From the NCBI GenBank assembly GCA_044361885.1, contig JBIKIA010000001.1, positions 1-44,285 on the forward strand: a stretch of DNA of 44,285 bases, written 5' to 3'. Below the pieces are notes generated by a model, which made no database searches, was not told where the DNA came from, and saw only the letters and a program-made list of their open reading frames with translations. Positions within the stretch are counted from its first letter, which is position 1; every line of letters begins with the position of its first letter. The translations under genes were made by a program, and so were the position numbers. Shown piece after piece: positions 1 through 8,407 of this stretch. The stretch is from Prosthecobacter sp. Its GTDB lineage: Bacteria > Verrucomicrobiota > Verrucomicrobiia > Verrucomicrobiales > Verrucomicrobiaceae.

Positions 1-286
1 GACCTTCGTCGCCATAGGCGAAGCCGTATTCGAGCACGACATCCATCCATTCCTTCAGCAGCGCCGGAGCCGAATACCAGTAAAACGGATGCTGCCAGAC
101 GATGACGTCGTGTTTCAAAAGCAGCTCCTGCTCCGTGGCGACATCGATGTGCAGATCAGGATAGAGTTCGTAAAGGTCGTGGAAGGTCACGCCTTCGAGA
201 TCACGCACAGCCTCCATCATCGCCAGATTCATCCGCGAGCGATGCAGCGCGGGATGGGCGAAGAGGATCAGGACTCGACTGGGCAT
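1..286 (-). CDS. KefG/KefF-like NAD(P)H-dependent oxidoreductase (Flavodoxin_2), runs off the window edge
   Basis: Manual translation, not in the ORF track: [20 protein letters not shown]...HDLYELYPD...[29 protein letters not shown]. Confidence 0.9.
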   Translation of the reverse strand, partial: MPSRVLILFAHPALHRSRMNLAMMEAVRDLEGVTFHDLYELYPDLHIDVATEQELLLKHDVIVWQHPFYWYSAPALLKEWMDVVLEYGFAYGDEG

Positions 287-304
287 GACCGTTTATTTAG
301 ACCA

Positions 305-1135
305 TCATTCATGCCATGTCCGGGCCACACGCTCGATGGCCGTGGCCTTGCCGGTCGTGGGGTCGATGGTGACGAGCACGCCGTTGATGCGGACGGCACC
401 TTTGCCGACGCCGAATTTGGCAGGCAGAGCGGTGTGGAAGCGCTCCAGCACAGGCTCGATCTCGCTTCCGATGATGGATTCTATGGGGCCGCACATGCCG
501 GCATCAGATTGGAAGGCGGTGCCCTTTGGCAGCACGCGCTCATCTGCTGTCGGGACGTGGGTGTGAGTGCCGATCACGGCGGAAACCAACCCGTCGAGAT
601 GCCAGCCCATGGCGACTTTTTCACTCGTGGCTTCGGCGTGGAAATCGACAAAGATGATCGGCGTCTCCTGGCGCATTTCTTCGACGGCTTTGGAGATGGC
701 GGGGAAGGGGTTCTCCATGCCTTCCTTCATGAAAACGCGGCCCTGAAGGTTGATGACGCCGACTTTGCCCTTCTTTGTTTCGAGTACGACGCTGCCCTGA
801 CCGGGAGGGTTGCCTGGGTAGTTGATCGGGCGCAGGAGGCGGGGTTCATCGATCATAAAGGGGACGATTTCCCGCTGGTCCCAGATGTGATCGCCCGTGG
901 TCACCACGGCAGCACCTGCACGCATGAGGCCGATGGCGATCTTCGGCGTGATGCCCCGGCCACCGGCAGCGTTTTCCCCGTTCACGATGGCGAAGTCCAC
1001 CTTCAGTTCCTCCTTCAAAAAAGGCAGCATCGTAGCCACTCCTTTTCGTCCGGGCTCGCCCACTACATCGCCCAAAAAGAGGATGCGGAGCATGTCGGGG
1101 GCGGAATCAGCAGGGGCGTCGGCTTCGATGGACAT
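305..1135 (-). CDS. TIGR00282/YmdB-family metallophosphoesterase
   Basis: GDVVGEPG, NGENAAGG, TTGDH, DFHAEATSEK, GTHTHVPTAD and DAGMCG motifs. Confidence 0.95.
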   Translation of the reverse strand: MSIEADAPADSAPDMLRILFLGDVVGEPGRKGVATMLPFLKEELKVDFAIVNGENAAGGRGITPKIAIGLMRAGAAVVTTGDHIWDQREIVPFMIDEPRLLRPINYPGNPPGQGSVVLETKKGKVGVINLQGRVFMKEGMENPFPAISKAVEEMRQETPIIFVDFHAEATSEKVAMGWHLDGLVSAVIGTHTHVPTADERVLPKGTAFQSDAGMCGPIESIIGSEIEPVLERFHTALPAKFGVGKGAVRINGVLVTIDPTTGKATAIERVARTWHE

Positions 1136-1195
1136 GCGCCCATAGGAGCCGGGGCGGAGCCCGGTGGCAAGCGTGTAGAGCTATCGGGCCAATGA

Positions 1196-3157
1196 TCAGC
1201 CTGCCTTGCCGGGCAGTTCGACGAGCATCTGAGCGTTGCTGGGGTAGCGTTCGCAGAGGGTGAGCACGCGCTGGATGGCATCCACGGGCTTGCCGCCAGC
1301 GAGGCCGCGGCGGAGCATGTTGATCTTTTCCATCTGGAAGGGCGGCAGGAGCAGCTCTTCACGACGTGTGCCGGATTTGGCGATGTTCACGGCAGGGTAA
1401 TAGTACTGCTCGGCGAGCTTGCGATCGAGCACGAGCTCCATGTTTCCGGTGCCTTTGAACTCGAGGAAGATGACGTCGTCCATGCGGCTGCCGGTCTCGA
1501 TGAGCGCGGTGGCGAGGATGGTGAGGCTGCCTGCGCCGCGGGTGTTGCGCGCTGCGGCGAAGAGCCGGCGCGGGATCTCCATGGCACCGACGCCCATGCC
1601 GCCGCTGCCGGTGGCACCGCCGGATTTGGCGTTGTTAAAGGCGCGGGCGAGACGGGTGATGCTGTCCAGAAGCATGAAGACGTGATCTCCGGCTTCCACG
1701 AGGCGCTTGGCGCGCTCGATGGCAAAGCTGGCGATGCGGGTGTGGCTCTTGATGTCCTGATCATTCGAGCTGGCGTAGATCTCGGCATTCGGGAAGACGC
1801 GCTTGAACTCGGTGACTTCTTCAGGCCGCTCATCGACGAGCAGGATCATGAGGTGCATGCCGGGATGGTTGTGCACGACGGCCTCGGCAATGTGCTGGAG
1901 CAACGTGGTCTTGCCGGTGCGCGGCGGGGCGACGATGAGTCCACGCTGGCCTCGACCGACGGGCGTGAACATGTCGATCACACGTGTGGTGGCACGCTCC
2001 TTGGTGGTTTCAAAGCTGAGGCGCTTGTTAGGATTGATGGCCTTGAGTTCCTCGAACAAGGGCAGGTCGCGCACGGATTCGGGGACGCGGCCATTGACCT
2101 CGCTGATGCTGGTGACTTGGAGGCCACGTGAGCCCTTCTGGGCGATGCCTTTGATGAGCATGCCTTCACGAAGGCCGATCTGGCGGATGGTGTCGGCGTG
2201 GACAAAGGCATCAAGCGGATGCTGCGCAAACATGCGCTCTCTCATGCGCAGGAAGCCTTGTCCTTTGAGGTTCAGTTCGAGCACGCCTTCGACAGGCTCA
2301 GGCGGGCCGAGAAGGGTCTCGGGTGCCATGGGCTGGTCGTCGTCATGCGACTGCTGCTGATACCTGCTGTTGCCATGCTGCTGGCCACGGGAGGGCTGGT
2401 GATCGCGCTGCTGATATTCACGAGGCTGCTGGTGCTCGCGAGGTTGTGGATGCTCACGCTGTGGCTGCTGTTCGCGAGCTTGATAGTTGCCGTTGTTTCC
2501 ACCTTCACTCTGGTGACCACCGCCGCCTTGCTGGGCGAGACGACGGGCGAGTTTCTCGGCCTTGAAGCGTTCGCGGCGTTCTTTCCAGCGTTCCCAGCGG
2601 GTTTTTTTGCGCTGGCCTTCGCCGGTTGGCGCGCCTGGGGCAGAGGCTTCTTCGGAGCCTTCGGCATCGGGGCCGTCATCGGACTCGGAGTCTTCGGGTG
2701 ATGCTGGTGCGGGAAGGGGAGCTTCAGGGGCGGGAGCCGCAGCAATGGGCGCTGGCGCTGGAGATGGTTCCGGGGCTGGCGCAGGTGCAGGCACTTCCAT
2801 CGGAGCGGCGGCTGCTGGCTCGACGGGAGTGTGGGCCGAAGCGACGGGTTCCTGCATTTTTGCCAGGATCTCGGCGGCCTTTTTTTGCAGGGCGGTTTTC
2901 CGCTCCTTCTTCACCGGCACTTTGATGGGAGCGACTTCCGGTGCGGCAGGGAGATCAAGCGGCAGTTCGACCTCGACAAGTTCGACTTTGGCGACCTTTT
3001 TCGCGGCAGCCTTCTTAGCAGCAGTCTTTTTCACGGCAGGCTTTTTCACGGCAGGCTTTTTGATAGCTGCTTTTTTGGCCGGAGCTTTTTTAGCGACTGT
3101 CTTTTTGGCAGCGGCTTTTTTCTTCGGTTTGTCCTCGGGCGGGAGTTCGTCGCTCAT
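1196..3157 (-). CDS. rho: Transcription termination factor Rho with ~285-aa low-complexity N-terminal extension
   Basis: GFLR RNA-binding motif, GRGQRGLIVAPPRTGKT Walker A, DERPEEVT, LDSITRLARA, EFKGTGNME, SGTRREELL. Confidence 0.97.
   Translation of the reverse strand: MSDELPPEDKPKKKAAAKKTVAKKAPAKKAAIKKPAVKKPAVKKTAAKKAAAKKVAKVELVEVELPLDLPAAPEVAPIKVPVKKERKTALQKKAAEILAKMQEPVASAHTPVEPAAAAPMEVPAPAPAPEPSPAPAPIAAAPAPEAPLPAPASPEDSESDDGPDAEGSEEASAPGAPTGEGQRKKTRWERWKERRERFKAEKLARRLAQQGGGGHQSEGGNNGNYQAREQQPQREHPQPREHQQPREYQQRDHQPSRGQQHGNSRYQQQSHDDDQPMAPETLLGPPEPVEGVLELNLKGQGFLRMRERMFAQHPLDAFVHADTIRQIGLREGMLIKGIAQKGSRGLQVTSISEVNGRVPESVRDLPLFEELKAINPNKRLSFETTKERATTRVIDMFTPVGRGQRGLIVAPPRTGKTTLLQHIAEAVVHNHPGMHLMILLVDERPEEVTEFKRVFPNAEIYASSNDQDIKSHTRIASFAIERAKRLVEAGDHVFMLLDSITRLARAFNNAKSGGATGSGGMGVGAMEIPRRLFAAARNTRGAGSLTILATALIETGSRMDDVIFLEFKGTGNMELVLDRKLAEQYYYPAVNIAKSGTRREELLLPPFQMEKINMLRRGLAGGKPVDAIQRVLTLCERYPSNAQMLVELPGKAG
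2987..3121 (-). repeat. Nine 15-bp coding repeats (KKxxx pentapeptides, histone-H1-like) in the Rho N-terminus
   Basis: KKAAA KKTVA KKAPA KKAAI KKPAV KKPAV KKTAA KKAAA KKVAK; exact tandem ctttttcacggcagg at 3026-3055. Confidence 0.85.
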
Positions 3158-3178
3158 GGGAGTGGTTGGGGGAAGGGG

Positions 3179-3928
3179 TTACTCGAGCGAGTCGGCGATG
3201 CTGTCGTCGATCTCGAAGTTGGAGTGGACGTTCTGGGTGTCATCGTAGTCGTCGAGGAGGTCGTAGAGTTTGATGACGGTCTTCGCGGTTTCGATGTCGG
3301 TGAGGACGATGGGCGTGTTCGCCTTGTAGATGAGCTTGGGTGAGTTGGCGGTGATGCCTTTTTCACGGAGTGCGCCGACGACTTGGAAGAGCTGATCCGT
3401 GGCGGTGTAGATGCTCCACTCGTCGCCTTCGTCTTGCACGTCATCCGCACCGGTTTCGAGGGCGAGTTCCATGGCGGCATCTTCGGTGAGGTTGCCTTTG
3501 TCCAGCCGGAGTTCGCCCTTGCGGGTGAACTGGTAGGCCACGCTGCCGGCGTCGGCAAAGGTGCCGCCGTTTTTGGAAAGGAGCACACGCAGGTCGTTGG
3601 CGACCCGGTTGCGGTTGTCCGTCACGACTTCGACCATGAAGGCGACTCCACCGGGACCATAGCTCTCATAGGTGATTTCTTCGATGGTCGCGCCGCCGAG
3701 CTCTCCGGTGCCTTTCTTGATGGCACGCTCGATATTGTCATTGGGGACATTGGCAGCCTTTGCGGCGATGACGGCGCTGCGGAGGCGGGCATTGAGGTCG
3801 GTGCTTCCCCCGCCGTGCTTCGCGGCGATGGTGATCTCCTTGGACATCTTCGAGAAGACGCCGCCACGTTTGGCGTCGATCACAGCCTTAGTGCGCTTGA
3901 TCTTGGACCACTTATTGTGACCTGCCAT
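3179..3928 (-). CDS. yebC: YebC/PmpR-family protein
   Basis: MAGHNKWSKIKR, NIERAIKK, YESYGPGGVA, TDNRNR, DDTQNVHSN. Confidence 0.97.
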   Translation of the reverse strand: MAGHNKWSKIKRTKAVIDAKRGGVFSKMSKEITIAAKHGGGSTDLNARLRSAVIAAKAANVPNDNIERAIKKGTGELGGATIEEITYESYGPGGVAFMVEVVTDNRNRVANDLRVLLSKNGGTFADAGSVAYQFTRKGELRLDKGNLTEDAAMELALETGADDVQDEGDEWSIYTATDQLFQVVGALREKGITANSPKLIYKANTPIVLTDIETAKTVIKLYDLLDDYDDTQNVHSNFEIDDSIADSLE

Positions 3929-3995
3929 GATACTTTGCTTGAGAGTTGGTGAGGGGGTGAAACCGATCTAAGGTGATCCGCACGGTGAAGTGGGA

Positions 3996-4186
3996 GTTCC
4001 CTGGTTTGGGAATCGGTGGTTGCGTATAAAAAATGAAGTAGCGGCCTTGCCGCGGTCTCCGCTCATTCCAAGCCGGGGGAGGCCTGACGCAGAATGAGGT
4101 TTCGTGAGGATTGCCACCTTCAGAAACCACAGCTCCAATCAACGGAGCGGACACCAGAGGTTCGCCTCGCTGAGGGAACCGTTAAC
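3996..4186 (-). ncRNA. Candidate structured RNA / leader (6S-like sRNA or attenuator) upstream of yebC-rho
   Basis: Stems on minus: GTTCCCT/AGGGAAC (4179-4173 with 4002-3996), GAGG-CGAA-CCTC, GGTGTCCGCTC/GAGCGGAGACC, GGTTTC/GAAACC, and GCGGC-AAG-GCCGC followed by a T-run; a promoter lies directly upstream. Confidence 0.5.
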
Positions 4187-4192
4187 GGACGG

Positions 4193-4221
4193 AGTCTGCG
4201 GGATGGCAGGCCGGCTTGCAA
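4193..4221 (-). promoter_or_regulatory. Sigma70-type promoter for the structured RNA/yebC leader
   Basis: TTGCAA-N17-CAGACT on minus, just downstream of the accD terminator. Confidence 0.55.
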
Positions 4222-4237
4222 GGTGTTTTTTACGCGG

Positions 4238-4261
4238 AGCAAAGAGCGGGGCGTCCCGCTC
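4238..4261 (-). terminator. Probable intrinsic terminator of accD
   Basis: GAGCGGG-ACGC-CCCGCTC perfect 7-bp stem 3 nt after the stop, followed by a short TTTG. Confidence 0.55.
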
Positions 4262-4264
4262 ACT

Positions 4265-5098
4265 TCAGCCTTTTACCGTATATCGCAGCACGCTGGCGAT
4301 CTTGGTGCGCATGTCTTTGCGATCGACGATCATGTCCACGAGGCCGTGCTGCATCATGAACTCGGCGGTCTGGAATCCAGGCGGGAGATCAGCATGCGTC
4401 GTCTCTTTCACCACGCGCGGGCCGGCAAAACCGATCATGCACTTCGGCTCGGCGATGATGACGTCTCCAAGTGTGGCAAAGCTGGCGGTGACACCGCCCG
4501 TGGTCGGATGCGTGAGCACAGAGATGTAGGGCAGGCGAGCCTCGGCATGACGAGCAAGAGCACCACTCGTCTTTGCCATCTGCATGAGGCTGAGGATGCC
4601 CTCATGCATGCGCGCACCACCGGAGGCGGAGAAGACGATGACGGGCTTTCTTTCCGCTGTGGCAGCTTCGATGGCGCGGGTGATCTTTTCTCCGACCACG
4701 CTGCCCATGGAGGCGCCGAGGAAGCGGAAGTCCATGACGGCGAGCAGCACAGGGATGGTCTCGATGTTTGCACGACCAGTGACCACGGCCTCCTTCAGGC
4801 CGGTCTTGGTCTGGTAGGCTTTCACCTTGTCCACATAACCTTTGAAGCCGAGTGCATCTACGGAGTCGAGCTGTAGGTCCATCTCCTCGAAGGTGCCTTC
4901 ATCCACGAGGCTGGTGATGCGCTCGCCGCTGCTGATGGTGAAATGATAGCTGCACTGGGTGCAGACGCGGAGGTTTTTGGCCAGCGCCTGCTCGAAGAGG
5001 CTTTCATTGCAGGACGGACACTTGGTCCACAAGCCTTCCGGCATGTCCTTCTTCTTTTCACCGAGTTCGTTGACGGAGCGCTTTTTGAAAAATCCCAT
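4265..5098 (-). CDS. accD: Acetyl-CoA carboxylase carboxyltransferase beta subunit
   Basis: PEGLWTKCPSC...CTQC Zn finger, ASMGSVVGEKI, SGGARMHEG, PTTGGVTASFA; start moved to MGFFKK at 5098. Confidence 0.97.
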   Translation of the reverse strand: MGFFKKRSVNELGEKKKDMPEGLWTKCPSCNESLFEQALAKNLRVCTQCSYHFTISSGERITSLVDEGTFEEMDLQLDSVDALGFKGYVDKVKAYQTKTGLKEAVVTGRANIETIPVLLAVMDFRFLGASMGSVVGEKITRAIEAATAERKPVIVFSASGGARMHEGILSLMQMAKTSGALARHAEARLPYISVLTHPTTGGVTASFATLGDVIIAEPKCMIGFAGPRVVKETTHADLPPGFQTAEFMMQHGLVDMIVDRKDMRTKIASVLRYTVKG

Positions 5099-5111
5099 GA
5101 TTGTGATGTGT

Positions 5112-5221
5112 GTAGGTCCGATTCCATGGACCGCCGACCCCGAACTCCGCAGACTGGCAAACCGCCGGAGCGCCGGAGCACCCGCCCGGCAGAGGTAAAC
5201 GGCCCGGTCAGAGCCGGACAC
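5112..5221. repeat. Degenerate GTAG-type REP doublet (REPIN-like) between comF and accD
   Basis: GTAGGTCCG...GGACC at left; inverted CGGCCCGGTCAGAGCCGGACAC at right, with internal CCGG...CCGG palindrome. Confidence 0.45.
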
Positions 5222-5231
5222 GAGGCAGAGA

Positions 5232-6044
5232 CTAGCCACGCGCGGCGGTGATGACCACCACTTTTTCTGCCCCGGCTTCTCGTTTCAGCACCTTCGCGCA
5301 CTCGTGGGCCGTGGCACCGGTGGTCAGCACGTCGTCCACGAGCAGCACTTTTTTCCCACGGATGTCCAATCGCCGCCAGCCGGAGAGGGGAAAAGAGCGC
5401 CGCAGGGCGAAGACTCCGCGCAGGTTCTCCAGACGCTCATGGCGGTTCAGTCTCGCCTGCGTGGAGGTGAGCCGTTTCCGCCGGATGATTTGAGCGGTTG
5501 GGATGCCGGTGCGGGCGGAGAGTTCCCGGCAGAGTTCCCAGCTTTGATTGAAACCCCGCCGCATCTCCCGCAGCCAGTGCAGTGGCACAGGCACCAGCAC
5601 CCAGGCCGAGAGGTCTTCTGGCGCGAGGCGCGGTTCTGACAGAGTACGGATCAGTGCTTCTGCCAGGACTCCGCGCAGCGTCAGATCACCACTGTATTTG
5701 AAATGATGAACCAGCTCCCTGAGTGGACCAGCCGCCTTGAATCCTGAAATGGCAAAGTCGAAGGCCATCCTTCGCCCATCGCAGTTGGAGCATTTGAAGG
5801 CTCGCTCCATCGCTCCAGCAAAGGCCTCCCCACAAACCGAGCAGTAGGGTGGTTCGATGGCAGTGAGTTCTTCGAGGCACGGAGTGCAAAGCCAGTCCGT
5901 CAGTCCCGAGGGTTGTTCGAATGCCGTCAGCCCGGCCTGACAGGCGCGGCAGGTGCGCGGGTAAACGAGGTTCAGCGTTCCCTCCCCGATGCGCGACCAA
6001 GTCTGCTGCAAAGCAGATTTCAGTGGCAGGCCGGGGTAAGACAT
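5232..6044 (-). CDS. comF: ComF-family protein (double Zn ribbon + PRTase)
   Basis: CRAC, CTPC, CSVC and CSNC motifs; VPVPLH, RGFNQS, LLVDDVLTTGAT. Confidence 0.93.
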   Translation of the reverse strand: MSYPGLPLKSALQQTWSRIGEGTLNLVYPRTCRACQAGLTAFEQPSGLTDWLCTPCLEELTAIEPPYCSVCGEAFAGAMERAFKCSNCDGRRMAFDFAISGFKAAGPLRELVHHFKYSGDLTLRGVLAEALIRTLSEPRLAPEDLSAWVLVPVPLHWLREMRRGFNQSWELCRELSARTGIPTAQIIRRKRLTSTQARLNRHERLENLRGVFALRRSFPLSGWRRLDIRGKKVLLVDDVLTTGATAHECAKVLKREAGAEKVVVITAARG

Positions 6045-6399
6045 AGAGCAGCCACCATTTTATCCCTGACTCCGGTCGAGATGGCGAGCTTTCTGTTCTT
6101 GGTTCAGCGCCCACTGGTCAAAAGGCAGGAGCCACGCACCACTCTCCACAGCTTGGCAGCGCTTGTCGGCCTGCTGAGAATCGGGTCGCAGTGAGTGTGG
6201 GAAAAGCCAGCCCGTGAGAGAAGTCAGCGCTCCGGAGCCTGGAGCCATCGCGCGCGGCGAACGTGGCCAAGCCGCGCCACTTTGCCCCAGTGTGAATGGC
6301 TTCCATGAGCATTAGTAACCAACGGTCTAGAATGAGGCGTTTTGCATTGTCCGCTTGGCATCTCTTTTCTCTTTTTTGACCCTTTCCTGCACTTGCTGG

Positions 6400-7382
6400 T
6401 TATCTGGCGTCGAGTTTAGGCTCAAGGTTATGGTCGTTCGGGGATGGATTCCGAAAGCCATTGATCACCGCAAAATGATCTCCTCCCGCGATCATCATGA
6501 AACTAATCTTTCCGAAAGTGTTGTCCGGAAAGCGGAGCCAGTAGCTCTTGTTTACTCGGCTGTTCCATAGCTTTTGATCAAGCGTCTTCGGCATGTCAAT
6601 CACGGCCAAATGAGTGTAACCATCTGATGGGGCCAGAAAGCTGTGTTCATCTAGCACTTCCTGGATACCCCCCCTTCTGGTTGGATTTCACAGCGCCAAT
6701 CGTATGGAGTATTGGGGGCTTGTGAGGCATCCTCCTTTGTTCGGCAACTGATTTGAAATGCGACCGTGCTTGTCTTGGAAAGGCCGATGGTAACCGGGCT
6801 ACCGTCACGCGGCACTTTCGACTGCCCCCGCAGCGCATCTAGTGGCACCGGATTTCCTGCCTTCCGTAGATGAAAGACAACAGGGGACGCTGCATTGGGC
6901 TGATAAACTCCTCTCCCGTTGTCCAAGCCAAAATCAAAACCCTGCGACGACGGCCTGAGAACCCCATTTTTATCCACAAAATAATAGCCGTTTTTTGAAA
7001 CCATTATGTGTAAGCTGGCCCCTTTGGATTTGATGGTAAACCTGCCATCTGTACCAGCAGTTGTTGTGATCGGCGTCCCCTTCATCATGTTGTCCAATAC
7101 AGACGCCTCAACTTTAGCCCAAGGAACCGGATTGTTTTCATGGTCCAACACAACACCATAAAACTCGATTGGCGTCTGCATCAAAGCCATCAACGGATTG
7201 GTCGGTGGCGTTGAGGTCTTGAATAATGGCGGCGACACCGACAGGGCACCAGAGTCATCGGGTAAAGAAGTTGTATTTCCATGGTCTCTCAATGCTTCTT
7301 CTCGATTGGGCAGCCTCAATAAAACAACTGCTAGCACCAGCAGCAGGGCAGCGACGCCTATTACTTTAGTTTGCTTCTTCAT
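6400..7382 (-). pseudogene. Frameshifted membrane-anchored hypothetical protein (carboxypeptidase-regulatory-like beta domain), lower GC
   Basis: ORFs 6651-7382 and 6400-6657 join into 327 aa (EGGGIQEVLDEHSFLAPSDGY) if the G7 run at 6668-6674 were G8; N-terminal TM MKKQTKVIGVAALLLVLAVVLL; FYGVVLDHENNPVPWAKV. Confidence 0.75.
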
Positions 7383-7540
7383 GGAACACGATTTGGAATG
7401 ATGTCGAATGAGTTGAGTAGTGCCCGCCACACACCAAAAGTTAGTTGAAGCGACCAAATCCATTCGGCGCTGTGCTCGCTACCGAAAAAGCTTCGATAGT
7501 TGTTTTCAAAGACAAAAGCATCCATGTCAATCTCCCATCC

Positions 7541-7939
7541 TCACTTGCGCGATGGCCCGATGCGCGGATCAGGCGCGCCGAGCAGCACCCAGGTTTCCAG
7601 CAGGGCGATCTCGATGGGCGGGAGCTTTTTCTTCGGCGGCATGGCGCTGTCGGAGTCGAGGTGGCGGATGGCTTGGATGAGCGGGCTGTTCTTCAAATCA
7701 CCGGGCTTCACCGCCGGGCCGTTCTCGCCACCCGTTTCCCAACCAACCTTGGAATCCAGGAACAGCTCGCCTTCGACTTCATGCTCACGCGAATGGCACT
7801 CGTAGCAGCGGGTCTGGAGGATCGGCAGGATCTGGGCGCGGAAGAACTGATCCGGCTCGTAGGCTGGCTTGCTCTCCTCACCGGCAAAGGCACTCGCCAC
7901 TGCCGTCAGTGCGATCAGTGAAAACGCGAAAGGCTTCAT
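7541..7939 (-). CDS. Stand-alone planctomycete cytochrome c (PSCyt1-like) domain protein, secreted
   Basis: Signal peptide [19 protein letters not shown]; CYECH heme motif; MPP ligand; W..GAPDPR as in the N-terminus of 20960-23731. Confidence 0.88.
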   Translation of the reverse strand: MKPFAFSLIALTAVASAFAGEESKPAYEPDQFFRAQILPILQTRCYECHSREHEVEGELFLDSKVGWETGGENGPAVKPGDLKNSPLIQAIRHLDSDSAMPPKKKLPPIEIALLETWVLLGAPDPRIGPSRK

Positions 7940-8092
7940 GCAGAGAATAACGAAGTCCTGCCTGACTCCGCCGCTGCGAATCTTGTCCGATTGAGGGCCG
8001 ACTTTGCCATTCAGCTCAAACTTGTCATCCACGTCTGCGCAACTGCCGGTGGAAAAATCTCCCAAGCTGGCCGAAGCAACCATACACGCACC

Positions 8093-8407
8093 ATGCACGC
8101 CGCCGGCCCCAAAAATCCCCTCCATGGCATCACTCTCGAAAAGATGCTCAATCAGCTCGTGGAGCACTATGGCTGGGAGATGCTGGGCCAGATGATCAAG
8201 ATCAACTGCTTCAACTTCCACCCGAGCATCAAGTCCAGCCTGGTCTTCCTGCGCAAGACGCCCTGGGCACGCACGAAGGTGGAAGAGCTGTACATTGATT
8301 CGCTTCCCGACATGCAGCCCAAGGTGGAATCCGCCGAAGCTGCGGCTGCCGAGCCTTCAGCTCCGGTGCAGGGCGCCGATCTCGATATTGGCCTGCCGGA
8401 GACGTGA
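8093..8407 (+). CDS. VF530 (DUF2132) family small protein
   Basis: [12 protein letters not shown]...[33 protein letters not shown]; overlaps the glutaminase 3' end convergently by 51 nt. Confidence 0.9.
   Translation: MHAAGPKNPLHGITLEKMLNQLVEHYGWEMLGQMIKINCFNFHPSIKSSLVFLRKTPWARTKVEELYIDSLPDMQPKVESAEAAAAEPSAPVQGADLDIGLPET

Noticed and set aside
89-1195. Long antisense ORFs (also 19567-20856, 21569-23020, 29064-30389, 40051-41517)
   Set aside because: Shadow frames of high-GC genes, fully overlapping well-supported CDSs and with no motifs
4050-4140. T-box, glycine riboswitch or SRP identity for the structured RNA
   Set aside because: GCGGAGACCGCG lacks the UGGN T-box bulge; the glycine and SRP core motifs are only partly matched
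5099-5239. N-terminal extension of AccD, and GGCAAACC (5156-5163) as a c-di-GMP-I riboswitch
   Set aside because: The extension is REP-like sequence; the motif lacks the GAAA loop and GCAAAG elements and lies on the non-coding strand
6045-6399. Small ORFs or a transposase remnant upstream of comF
   Set aside because: No recognisable motif, terminal repeats or consistent frame
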